Assembly: GCA_000934665.2 (NCBI GenBank)
Contig: JYFJ02003925.1
Span: 1 to 36,341 of the forward strand
DNA length: 36,341 nt
Source of the DNA: Catajapyx aquilonaris
Taxonomy: Eukaryota
Direction: 5' to 3'
How positions within the stretch are numbered: position 1 is the stretch's first letter; the number at the start of each line of letters is the position of its first letter. Below are positions 26,231 to 36,341 of this stretch, piece after piece. The position numbers were made by a program, and so were the translations under genes. Under the pieces are notes generated by a model that was not told where the DNA came from, ran no database searches, and saw nothing but the letters and a program-made list of their open reading frames with translations.

Positions 26231-28432
26231 TCAAACTAACCTTGCATGACCTGATGCATAGGACTCATACCAGTTAATCTGCTGGAGGGTTAGTGAAGGC
26301 TTAACGTGATCCAAAGCCACTTCGAAGTCGGCCATTGTCACACTATCCACATCCATTCCCCTAGTTTGCATGGCCGTGAGTGCAGCCTCGCGACACAATG
26401 ACATCAAATCTGCTCCTGAAAACCTTTCTGTCCTGCCAGCCACTGTTTCCAAGTCCACCGTGTCTAGTGGCATTGACTTGCTCACTACCTTCAGCGTGGC
26501 AATCCGACCACCTCTGTCTGGTGGGGGTACATACACATGCCTGTCTAGTCGTCCAGGACGGGTTAAGGCAGGGTCCAGCATATCTGGTCGGTTGGTGGCA
26601 GCCACCACTATGACCTGAGAGGAACTGCTGCTTCCTTTTCCCAAACCACGGACTCCTATGCCATCCATTTCTTGCAGGAGAGCTAACAAAAGCTTCTGTT
26701 GAATCCCATGACGATCTCCTTGTCGATTGCCAACCAGCGAATCTGGAACGCATGTTTACGGTTAGAGCTGACTGATCTACAAAAAACAAGGTAAGGACAT
26801 GGTTTCTGTGACATACCAATTTCATCCAGGAAGAGAAGTGTAGGTGCGCCCATCCTTGCCCTGTGAAAGAGCTCAGCAATGGCCTTCTCAGTGTCTCCCA
26901 CGTATGGCGAGTACAACTCAGCTGGACTCACAGCCAAAAAATTGACGTTAGCACTTGTTGCAACCGCCCTGGCCAATGTGGTCTTGGCACAGCCAGGAGG
27001 GCCATACATCAACACTCCTTTGGGAGTTGGTATCTGCAAGCGAACAAATGCATCTGGATGCCTAAGTGGCCATTCTATTAATGACTTTAGTGTTTCTTTG
27101 ACGCTTTCAGCACCACCAATGTCATCGTAGCTGACTGGAGCAAATTCCACTGTACCCAATGCACCTCGTAATGGTGATGGTTGTATTTCAGACACTACAC
27201 GATGCACATCATCTTCACCAACTGGCTTTGATTGAGATACATGCGCAATGGCACGTGCAACTTGCACCAAATCTGCACCGATGTATCCAGGTGTCACATC
27301 GGCCACTCTGGGTGCCAAATCTGTCTCGAACCCAGCCAACAGGTGGTTGAGTATGGCAGCACGTTCCGCACGGTCAGGTACAGGCACATACATCTCCTCA
27401 TCCGTGCGGCCTGGCCGTCTGAACGCAGGATCCAAATCTGAGACCCGACTTGTGGTGGATATAACAGCATGCGAGACTGATTCAAGCAGTAAAAGAAGCT
27501 GGGTTGCTACACGTGCTTGCGCCATAGATTGCTTGTGTTCAGGGCAGATCAGGTCCACACCCTCCAGGAGCAACACACATGATGACACCTGCAATACACA
27601 TCACTTAATGCGTGCTTTTCAGATGTGATGATACCCCACATACCTCCGCAATGTCTTTTGCCTGCTGAAACACTTCCCTCAGCGCAGCCTCCGCTTCCCC
27701 TGGCTCGCTTCCCTCCATAACTGTGCCATCCAGCTCCACCAAGTGCGTCGATTCCCCGACAACGGCTCGTACCATACTGCTCTTCCCGCACCCACTCATC
27801 CCATGCACCAACACCTTCTTTCGGCCATGAACAGCCTTCTCCAGCCGCTTCCTCATCTCCTCCATCCCGCCCAACTGTGCCTGCCCTTTCATGTACCGCT
27901 CCTTGTGCTCAACCCACCGGACCTTGATGGCCGTCCCCTGCCCCACCTTAAATGCGGCCTGCTTCACCTTCCCCTTAACAACGCACAGGGCACATATCCC
28001 ATACATCTGCGCTAACGGATCATGCTCCGTGAACACAACCGCATTGTTGGCCACCACCATCTGGCTGAGTATGTCCCTCACGACATGCGGCATGGCAGTG
28101 TTCCTCAGGTTCCTCGCCATGCCCTGCACCGTGCTGCACACCACCACCACCTCGACCTCCTTGGCCGTCCCTGTCAGCCCCACCGGAGTGATGTCCTGTC
28201 CAGCCTGGTGTGGCCAGTCCCTCAGCAAGGCCTGCCCTAGGCCCATCCCTTCTGGAGGAACCAGCACGGTGCAGTCCAACGCAGTGTTGGAGTCTGCCTC
28301 CGGGTAGGCCCTGCACAGCCACGAGTGTCCCTGCTCCCCTCGAACCAGCACCGCCGCCCCGGGGCAGACCCCAAGGCCCTCCAGGACCCGGGGCGGGAAC
28401 CAGCTCATCTGAAAGCCACGCTCAAATCGCAT
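26231..28432 (-). CDS. AFG2B: AFG2B / SPATA5L1-type double AAA+ ATPase (ribosome biogenesis), 690 aa; exons 28432-27644, 27588-26817, 26742-26231
   Basis: D2 has Walker A GPPGCAKT, ELYSPYVGDTEKAI, Walker B LFLDEID and SRH ATNRPDMLDPALTRPGRLD, matching SPATA5L1-type signatures. D1 Walker A is GMSGCGKS. The N-domain has LEGLGVCPGAAV...WLCRAYP. Introns of 55 nt (phase 0) and 74 nt (phase 1) are GT-AG; spliced length 2073 nt. Confidence 0.9.
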
Positions 28433-28488
28433 GGCTAAATCAAACTATCGACGAGTAGTAATCATTTCAACGGTTGTGATGGTGCGGT

Positions 28489-28496
28489 TATCGATA
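28489..28496. promoter_or_regulatory. DRE (DNA replication-related element) TATCGATA upstream of AFG2B
   Basis: Perfect palindrome TATCGATA 57 nt upstream of the AFG2B ATG, with a near-match TATCGACG at 28446. DRE is the DREF-bound housekeeping promoter motif characterised in Drosophila. Confidence 0.6.
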
Positions 28497-29110
28497 CTTG
28501 ATACTTGTCAAGCGGGATGTTTGATTTTTTTTCTTCTTTATTTTAAAATACGTTTCTGAAAGAATGAAAGTACTGACTTGTAATGTAACACAACGTTAGC
28601 GTCTATTTGCAATATTATGTAGTATATTCGTAGAAGCTAATACGAGGTAATAATAATTCATTAGGCCTACATAAAATAATTGGTTTATTATGTCATGTGA
28701 TTTTTTAAATATATTTTGGGGTTGAATTTAAGATATCAAGAAATTTTTTATTGAGACCAGATCACCTCTCCTTTATTGCAAGACATTGGGCATCTATGAT
28801 ATAGATGTCCAATGTTGTAATGAGAGAGAAGGAGACGTTATTTTTCACTCTTCACTACCGTATTCATAAATTCTTTGCATCATAGACAAGTTATTAGCTA
28901 TTGCACCACAACCAATTTCTGCGCTTAGAAAAGCATATAGGTGAGGTCAGAAAAGTAGGAGGTAACGGTCACGGAAGGTCGGCCCATTCTATACTCACGA
29001 AAATGGATCAGATAAGCCTCTCTGCAGTAGACACACTTTGTTTCCCATAAGCGGCACTATCACTCTGCAAGCATGCATCAAAATAGTGTCACCTTGGCAA
29101 TGAAGTCAAA

Positions 29111-31153
29111 ATGAAGTCATATGCCCTTGTCCTACTTTGGGCCGTTTTTAGGCTAACCCATGCCAAGTCGGTCCATCTGGAAGGACACTTCCGTACGAAC
29201 AAAGGAGTGGAAGATTTTTTTGTACTTGCCCGTCACTTTTCCCAGACCAACTTGAATCCAAAGTGTTCAACCACGTTTCTAACCTCCGAGTCCATGTCGT
29301 TGAGCACGAGTGAAGTGAACACTCTGGTCGAAGGCAACGGACATCCTTCGGCTCACTACAGGTTCCAATCCGGACCACCACCTCCTCCAGCAGACGTAAA
29401 CTCGACCGAGGTCAGTCCACGGGTACTGTCCGGTTGTCTCTTCTTCGTGACTGTAGCCAGCGATCCGGAGAGTGTGGGTCATCTGGTCGGATGGGCCGAA
29501 GACTCAAGTCACATCCAGATGAACAAAGACTTGTTCCTGATATGGACCGAGAACGGTAATGCTCACGATGTCCTGATGTCACCAGGTGTGTCCGACATCA
29601 AGTACAAAGTAGCAGTTGATTATAACCCGGAGTCGAACCGCCTCAAGTTGTACTCGACATGCTTCTTCTGCGAATCCGGAGAACCGTCTGTGGTACCGAT
29701 TGGCACGTATGTGGCGAACGAGACAAGGATAGAGCTGGAGAAGAAGTGGAAGACAATGTATCCTGATCTGACTCGAAACCTGCACGGTCGGAAGGTCAAG
29801 GGTACGTACATGTATGATTTCAATCGAGAGGGCGTTAGAGCTTTACTGAAAAATCCCGAGTCCAACGAGGTGGACCAGGTGTTTGTGATTACCGAGGCGG
29901 TCGGTACGTCCATGAACTACGACTGGGAAGTGTTCGAGTCCGAAGGCGGTGCAGCGGACCTGGTCGCAGGATTCGTCAACCCAAACTCGCCAGGTCCGAT
30001 CATACGATCTGTCCAAAGAGGCGAGGCCGATTACTGTCCAGCCATGCTCTTGACAGGTGCAATGATACCAAACTCGGAGCTGGGTACCATCATAGACAGC
30101 GACTACCTCGGGTTTCTGGTCGGACGTCCTCGCCGGTACTTCAGCTGGACCACTGTGATCGAGCCGTTCAGCCTCCAGTTATGGATTCTGATTATGACAT
30201 TTGTGGTGATCGGTTCGGCCACTTTGACCTTCCTGATGTGCAATTCGGTCACTAGTGAGCGACAGATGCCAAGAGACGCGTTTCCTCGAGCTATCGGATT
30301 CACCTTGAGCTCACTGGTGGAGCAGCTGGTACCGCTCCCTTCGACACTGCCGGTACGCATCGTAGCAGCCTGCTGGTGGTTGTTGGCCATCGTGTTTGCG
30401 ACCCTGTACAAGTCCAGGCTCTTCTCATGCCTGACCTTCCCTCCCATCGAGGTTCTTCCTCAAAGTGCGGCCGAGTTTGTTCAAGAAGGGTACACCATAC
30501 TGGCCACATTCAACCACATCACCTTCTTCAACATCCTGACCATGGACAAGACCGATCCGTTGACCGTGTACTTGAAGCACCACATTGCACCAGTGGAGTC
30601 ACTCGAAGCTTGCGTCCAACGAGTCATAGAGCAACGGAAGGCAGCATGTATCAGCGTACCCATCGTGCTGTTTCCTCTCCAGCAATCGTTTCTCGACGTA
30701 CAGGTACGTACCACAATATTAAGTCTATCATTGCAAAATGAAACACTACAAAACATATGTGCATTTCAGGGCGTCCCGTGCACCAGACTAATCCGAGACA
30801 CCAACTATGGTTATTACGCCTTCGTACCTGTTCGCAAGGAGTCTCCGTGGTCCAATGCTTTTGCTCATGCAGTACTGCGGTACATCGAGTCATACATCTT
30901 GGAGCGATGGAACACGCACAATATTCAGAGACGGAGGTTGATTGAACTGAATAGTCATGGTGGAAGCAGCTGTCAGTCGGAAGAAGAGAGGTCGCCGTTG
31001 ACCTTTTTTCAGTTGTGCGGGCCTTTTATACTCCTGGTTTTAGGCACGGCCATTTCTTTGGTCGTGTTTGTCTTGGAGGGTATAGTGTACGGGGTCATGA
31101 GAAAGGTCAGGGTCAGACCGATCATAATTGCCCCTTATCCGTTTCTTAAATAG
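29111..31153 (+). CDS. Divergent ionotropic receptor (iGluR-related chemoreceptor), copy 1, 658 aa spliced; intron 30704-30769
   Basis: Signal peptide; NLHGRKV start of S1; VQRGEADYC; IEPFSLQLWILI (M1); RIVAACWWLLAIVFATLYKSRLFSCLTFP (M3); PLTFFQLCGPFILLVLG (M4). A 66-nt GTACGT...TTTCAG intron sits at the same position as the intron in copy 2. Confidence 0.88.
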   Translation: MKSYALVLLWAVFRLTHAKSVHLEGHFRTNKGVEDFFVLARHFSQTNLNPKCSTTFLTSESMSLSTSEVNTLVEGNGHPSAHYRFQSGPPPPPADVNSTEVSPRVLSGCLFFVTVASDPESVGHLVGWAEDSSHIQMNKDLFLIWTENGNAHDVLMSPGVSDIKYKVAVDYNPESNRLKLYSTCFFCESGEPSVVPIGTYVANETRIELEKKWKTMYPDLTRNLHGRKVKGTYMYDFNREGVRALLKNPESNEVDQVFVITEAVGTSMNYDWEVFESEGGAADLVAGFVNPNSPGPIIRSVQRGEADYCPAMLLTGAMIPNSELGTIIDSDYLGFLVGRPRRYFSWTTVIEPFSLQLWILIMTFVVIGSATLTFLMCNSVTSERQMPRDAFPRAIGFTLSSLVEQLVPLPSTLPVRIVAACWWLLAIVFATLYKSRLFSCLTFPPIEVLPQSAAEFVQEGYTILATFNHITFFNILTMDKTDPLTVYLKHHIAPVESLEACVQRVIEQRKAACISVPIVLFPLQQSFLDVQVRTTILSLSLQNETLQNICAFQGVPCTRLIRDTNYGYYAFVPVRKESPWSNAFAHAVLRYIESYILERWNTHNIQRRRLIELNSHGGSSCQSEEERSPLTFFQLCGPFILLVLGTAISLVVFVLEGIVYGVMRKVRVRPIIIAPYPFLK

Positions 31154-31708
31154 TCTGATCAATATTTATTATTATTCAATTATTATACTTTCATGAAATT
31201 ATGCTACACTGCACATTGCAATATTATGTAACATAATAATTATGTCACAATAAAAATATAAAAAGTAAGTGGTCATACTTCGGCATTATATTTAAAAATG
31301 TATTTTTCGCAGTATTTTTTTAAGAACGTTCTATATCACTTCGTCAGTTTTGCCTACATGGACAACAATAGAGGACAGAATGATGGCTGAAGAGGAAGGA
31401 TTCTAAAAATGTCAATCAGAAGAAGAAACAACTGTCTCATTCCTGCAATATTAAGAGTTCTTTCAAACTACAAGAGAGCATGTGCCTATAATTTAGGTCC
31501 AATCTTTTAAAGGGCTTCTGAATATTTTATCATGTAGGTACTTTTACTCAGGGTGTCACATAGCACTGTATAGTTATATTGCTCGAGATGAAACTGATAT
31601 CGTGTATGTCGCACAAACCCAGATTGACATACAAAGTATAGCGCGTGAAGTATAGCTTAGCAACAGTAAACACAAACTGACACTATACTGCTCAGAAAGG
31701 ACACAAAG

Positions 31709-33761
31709 ATGCGGTTCTGTGCTCTTTTGTGGTTCGCGATAATAATTTTACACGTCAACGCTCAAATTTTAAAAGTGGTTGAAACCGGAAGTGTGGGGAA
31801 AATCAAACAATTTTTGACAATGGCTACAACGGTCCAACAGTTTCACTTGCATCCTAAATGTTCCACAGTTTTGCTGACGGACAATTCGCTGCCAATTCCC
31901 TCCTCGATTGACATTTTGTTGCAGAGTCGTAACAATTCAATGGCCACCTTAAGATTTCCCTCGGAACCTCCTCCTCCTCCAGAAGATGTCAATTCTACAG
32001 TAACCACTCCCCGTATTTTATCCGGATGTCTCCTCTTCGTCACCGTCGCAAGTTCGTCCAACAGCATCGCATCTCTTATCGAATGGGCAGAAGACGTGAG
32101 TCACGTCAAAAGGGACATGGACATGTTTCTAATATGGATCGAAAACGTGGACATCCGGGAGGTGCTCATGTCGCCAGGATTGTCCGGAATCAAATACAAA
32201 ATCGGAGTGGCCTTTGAAAACGATGACCTGCTGGAGCTGCTGTCAACATGCTTCTTCTGCGAATCCGGAGAGCCATCAGTGGTCACAATCGGATCGTACA
32301 CAGAAGGCAGGATTGACCTGCTGCCTAAATGGCCAACCCTGTTTCCTGACCTGGCTCGTGACCTGCACGGTCGAAAGATGAAGGGAATATACATGTACCC
32401 ATTTTCACGTGATGAGATACGCCAAGTGCTCAGGGACGTTGAGATGAAAGAAGTGGACCCTGCTCAAGTCATGACCGATGGCTACGGAATTTCCTTGAAT
32501 TTTGATTGGGAAATTGTGGAATCGGAAGGCGGTGCTGCAGACATGGTCGCGGGTCTGATGGACCCCAATTCTCCTGGACCGATGGTACGTGCAGTACAGA
32601 AAGGTGAAGTTGACTTCTGCCCCGCGATGCTGCTCACAACAGCGATGATATCCAACTCAGAGATGGGTGTTATTACTAACAACGACCATCTCGCGTTTTT
32701 GGTAGGACGGCCACGTCCTTTTTTCACCTGGAAAACTATAATAGAGCCGTTCAGTCCAATACTGTGGTCCATTCTCTGTGTTTTCGTCATTATCGGTACA
32801 GCATCACTTACATTGCTGCTGTACTTCGCTGCCGGTAAAAACACAATCGGGGAGTCTCTTACGCTTGCATTGGGCTACACGCTAAGTGCACTACTAGAAC
32901 TTGACATAGAAATTCCTCAGCACCGAGAGTCTCTTCGTGTCTTCGCAGCAGCCTGGTCCATATTTGCGATGGTATTCACGAGCTTGTACAAAACTAGGCT
33001 GTTTTCCTGCCTGACTCTGCCGCCTCTTGAAGTGGTGCCCACAAATGCGGCCGAGTTTCTGGAGGCTGACTACACCATCTTCACACCAGGAGATCACATC
33101 ACATTCTTCAACATACTCACCTCGGAGAGGTCGGATCCTCTGACCGTTGAGATGAAGAAGCGCTTGTCGTCCATCGAATCACTTGAGGTTTGTACCAAGA
33201 CCGCTGCGACTCATCGCACTGCAGCATGTCTGAGTGTGCCTATGATTCTGGAGCCTCTCAGAAAGTCATTTCTGGATGTCAACGTAAGTACACGTCTATT
33301 TACGGTATTACTGGTTGTAACATTGCAAAGTGCAATTAGTTTGATAATTGCCATCTTCTTTGTGCTCCTGACAGGGCGTCCCTTGCACCAAGATAGTGTA
33401 CGATAGCAACTACGGATACTACGCCTATGTCCCGGTGAAAAAGGAATCTCCTTGGGCAAGAGCTATGAGTCACAATGCTTTGCGATTTGTAGAAGGGCAG
33501 ATGATACAGCGATGGGACAGCCATAATATCCAGAGACGGGTGCTGCTGGAGCTGCGTCATCAAGAAGGAAACATTTGCAAATCGCAGGGTCAGAGGTCAC
33601 CCTTGACTCTCCTGCAATTTTTTGGAACTTTTCTGCTGTTTGTAGCTGGCTTGCTTTTGTCACTGCTAGTTTTTCTTGCCGAATCTTTGTTTTTTGCCAT
33701 GAATAATTGTTGCTCTACTCGACACACTCGTCATGAAAAGGTTCTAGTGTTTCTACCGTAA
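31709..33761 (+). CDS. Divergent ionotropic receptor, copy 2, 653 aa; exons 31709-33283, 33375-33761
   Basis: Collinear paralog of copy 1 (CFFCESGEPSVV, DLHGRKMKG, IIEPFSPILW, LYKTRLFSCLTLPP, PLTLLQFFGTFLL). A 91-nt phase-0 GTAAGT...GACAG intron joins SFLDVN|GVPCTK. Confidence 0.88.
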
Positions 33762-34659
33762 TCTACTCTTCCTCTTCCCAACATCACCAATATGCATATA
33801 CACTGTAGTTTACATGCATTTGCCGTTTGGCAAAATTGATGCATTATCCCTGCTCCTAACATACCTGTACACCAAATGATCACAAATAAACACTCTGAAA
33901 AACTTATATCCCTGACAAAGTGACAAGGGTGTAAATACCATTATTAATTTACAGAGTTAATTTATTTAACATTATTCAGGGCTTTACAGAGAGCTGATTT
34001 GAGATTGTACTCTACACAGCAGAACTACTGGCCAATTTCTTACCCACCGCAATAACGGTAAGTAGTCTACACTTTAAAGGCGCAGTAGTAGTGGTGAATA
34101 AACAATGTATCCATAACTCAATTTTATGAAAATATTGATCTACTTGGATGAACGGTAAAGCTGGATAGTTTTCATATACATAATGACGTTTCTAAACCAG
34201 GGGTAGTAGGCAATAATGAAAGAGAAGACGTAGGTTCACTCCAGTTATATTAGCTAATTCAACACGATTCTTTAAAAAAAATAGCTGGAACAGGGGTACC
34301 AGAAAATTCACAATAATGATAAAACCTTTGGCATGCACTACGGCTCGCATGGCCATACCGGTACCTCACTCGAAATGACACCTGTATGTTATGTGCAGCT
34401 TTCTGTTACAAAAGGCTCACTCATTCAAGTCTCCCAAAACAAAAGTAATAGAATCTCCAACAAAAATAATTACCTAACCACTAATCAGTCATAATACGAA
34501 TATTATGCAGACAGTCATTCGCTCAAGGTAAACGGTCATCATCCATTGAATGAAATTTTAAGTAAAAGACACAAAGTCCTGTACTAATCAAAATTATGAT
34601 GAGCAAATAAATGTAATTTAAGTTTGGATTATGTAGGCCCTACGTCTCTTTAAATTAAG

Positions 34660-34739
34660 CAATTACGATTTATTACAGGGTCAAAAAAATGCCTCACAGT
34701 CAATGAGGCATTTTTACACCCGGTAATAAATCGCAATTG
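34660..34739. repeat. 80-nt imperfect inverted repeat upstream of IR copy 3
   Basis: CAATTACGATTTATTACAGGGTCAAAAAAATGCCTCA-cagtcaa-TGAGGCATTTTTACACCCGGTAATAAATCGCAATTG; the inner 12 bp are perfect. Confidence 0.75.
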
Positions 34740-34933
34740 ATTGAAGCGACACCAGTCGATCAAATACCACAAGAGACTTGGGAAAGTATGGGTGAATCAG
34801 TAGCGTACGTTGGATTGGATGGACCTATACCTTGTATTGCAATCAGCCCTTGTAATCACATGCATTACATACACGATGGCTTCCAGTAAGTGTATACAGT
34901 ACAGTCCATTATTTGCGCCAGTGGCATGCTACC

Positions 34934-36341
34934 ATGCAGTTGCTCAAGCTTTTCTTGGTAAGCTGCCTACCCGCATTAGAACCTGCACTTTCAGCACCAA
35001 ATGTAAGTGACCATACACGAGATGAAGTCGTGCAGTTTTTTCGACTTGCTCTGCACATCCAGCAACACCACGTGCATCCCAAGTGCTCCACGGTGTTTCT
35101 AACAGACGAATCGGTTCAGACACCTCCATCCATAAACACTCTTTTGAGAGGCCACGACCATCCCATTGCCACGATGAGGTTTCCATCTGGACCACCCCCC
35201 ACTCCGGAAGATGTCAACTCAACAGTGATCACACAGCGACACTTGCTCCCCTGCCTCTTCTTCGTGGTCATCGGAAGCAATCCGGAGAGTGTCGGAAGAC
35301 TCATCGGGTGGACAGAAGACCTGACACACATCCATGGGGAAATGGACTGGCTACTCGTATGGGTTGAAGATGGACAAATTGCAGATGCCCTGATGTCGCC
35401 CGATTTGTCCGATCTGAAGTTCAAGATCGGAGTGAACGTCAGTCTAGAAGGGAATCTGGAGATGTTTTCGACGTGCCTTTTCTGTGAATCGGGTGAGCCT
35501 TCACTTGCTCCGATAGCAACCTACCACCACTTAGAGTCGAAGATTCGAATCCACAACGTATGGGGAATGCTATACCCTGATTTTGGTCGAAATTTGCATG
35601 GACGCAAGGTGAAGGGGATTTACATGATCCCCTTTACAATGGAAGACACCGACGAAATGATCGAAAATCACCAGCACAGAGAGGTCGACGTAACAAAAGT
35701 GTTTGTGAAGCACCTGGGCTTGTCCGTGAACTTTGACTGGACCGTTGAAGAGTCTGAAGGTGGAGCAGCTGACTTAGTAGCAGGTTTGTTGGACCCTAAT
35801 TCTCCGGGTCCGATGGTCCGTGCAGTACAGAGAGGTCAGGCGGACTTTTGTCCGGCGATGCTCCTTACAAAGGCCATGATACCAGCATCAGAGGTGGGAC
35901 ACATAATTAGCAACGACAGGCTTGCTTTCTTGCTTGGAAGACCTCGACCTTTTTTCACATGGAACACAATAATCGAACCATTTACTGCACTGCTCTGGTC
36001 ACTTCTCTTTGGAACAGTTGCTGTTGGATCTATTTCACTTGCATTCCTGTTACATAATGGGGTTACCAAGACTGGAGATCCTCCAGGAAAATTAATGAAA
36101 AAAGCTGTAGGATTTACGTTGAGCACAATGGTCGAACACGACAATATTACTCTTCCTCAAACAATGTCTATTCGCGTGTTTGTCATCTTCTGGTGGGTAT
36201 TATCCATCGTATTTGCCACACTCTACAAATCCAGGCTGTTCTCCTGCTTGAGCTTCCCGCCCTTGGAAGTCCTGCCAGAGCATGCTGCTGAATTCCTGGA
36301 AGCAGAGTATTCCATTCTGACTACCGGAGACCACATCACCT
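34934..36341 (+). CDS. Divergent ionotropic receptor, copy 3 (5' part; runs off the window end, absent from the ORF track)
   Basis: ACCATGC start; open frame MQLLKLFLVSCLPALEPALSA...HPKCSTVFLT...CLFCESGEPS...NLHGRKVKG...ESEGGAADLVAGLLDPNSPGP...IIEPFTALLW...LYKSRLFSCLSFPP...GDHIT with no stop up to 36341. Confidence 0.88.
   Translation, partial: MQLLKLFLVSCLPALEPALSAPNVSDHTRDEVVQFFRLALHIQQHHVHPKCSTVFLTDESVQTPPSINTLLRGHDHPIATMRFPSGPPPTPEDVNSTVITQRHLLPCLFFVVIGSNPESVGRLIGWTEDLTHIHGEMDWLLVWVEDGQIADALMSPDLSDLKFKIGVNVSLEGNLEMFSTCLFCESGEPSLAPIATYHHLESKIRIHNVWGMLYPDFGRNLHGRKVKGIYMIPFTMEDTDEMIENHQHREVDVTKVFVKHLGLSVNFDWTVEESEGGAADLVAGLLDPNSPGPMVRAVQRGQADFCPAMLLTKAMIPASEVGHIISNDRLAFLLGRPRPFFTWNTIIEPFTALLWSLLFGTVAVGSISLAFLLHNGVTKTGDPPGKLMKKAVGFTLSTMVEHDNITLPQTMSIRVFVIFWWVLSIVFATLYKSRLFSCLSFPPLEVLPEHAAEFLEAEYSILTTGDHIT

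Noticed and set aside
34685..34715. Stem-loop followed by a T-run resembling a bacterial intrinsic terminator
   Set aside because: The context is eukaryotic and intron-rich; it is the core of a larger inverted repeat.

Overview
Eukaryotic invertebrate DNA, probably arthropod, with mostly 55-250 nt GT-AG introns. From left to right it holds: a 3-exon F-box/LRR gene (-); a decayed, intron-containing 5' fragment of GBA2 (non-lysosomal glucosylceramidase) (-); a complete fibrillin gene of about 34 exons and ~2,900 aa (4877-22503, -), whose 5.3 kb first intron carries non-autonomous DNA transposons; a CpG-depleted spacer with another MITE; a 3-exon AFG2B/SPATA5L1 double-AAA ATPase gene (-) with a DRE element upstream; and a head-to-tail array of at least three divergent ionotropic (chemo)receptor genes (+), the third cut off by the window end. 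I found no wholly new multi-gene system. The most notable observations are: (i) the GBA2 relic, whose frame is broken by two 5-nt TA-xxx-TA insertions resembling transposon excision footprints and which sits, with the F-box gene, between two diverged direct repeats; (ii) an IR clade with a private S1 motif and no canonical ligand-binding Arg; (iii) fibrillin differences (asprosin-sized furin-released tail, extra cysteines, one extra EGF, no RGD); (iv) an AFG2B D1 ring that looks catalytically dead; (v) a sharp CpG boundary at ~23650. Homolog comparisons are from recalled family sequences, not database searches.
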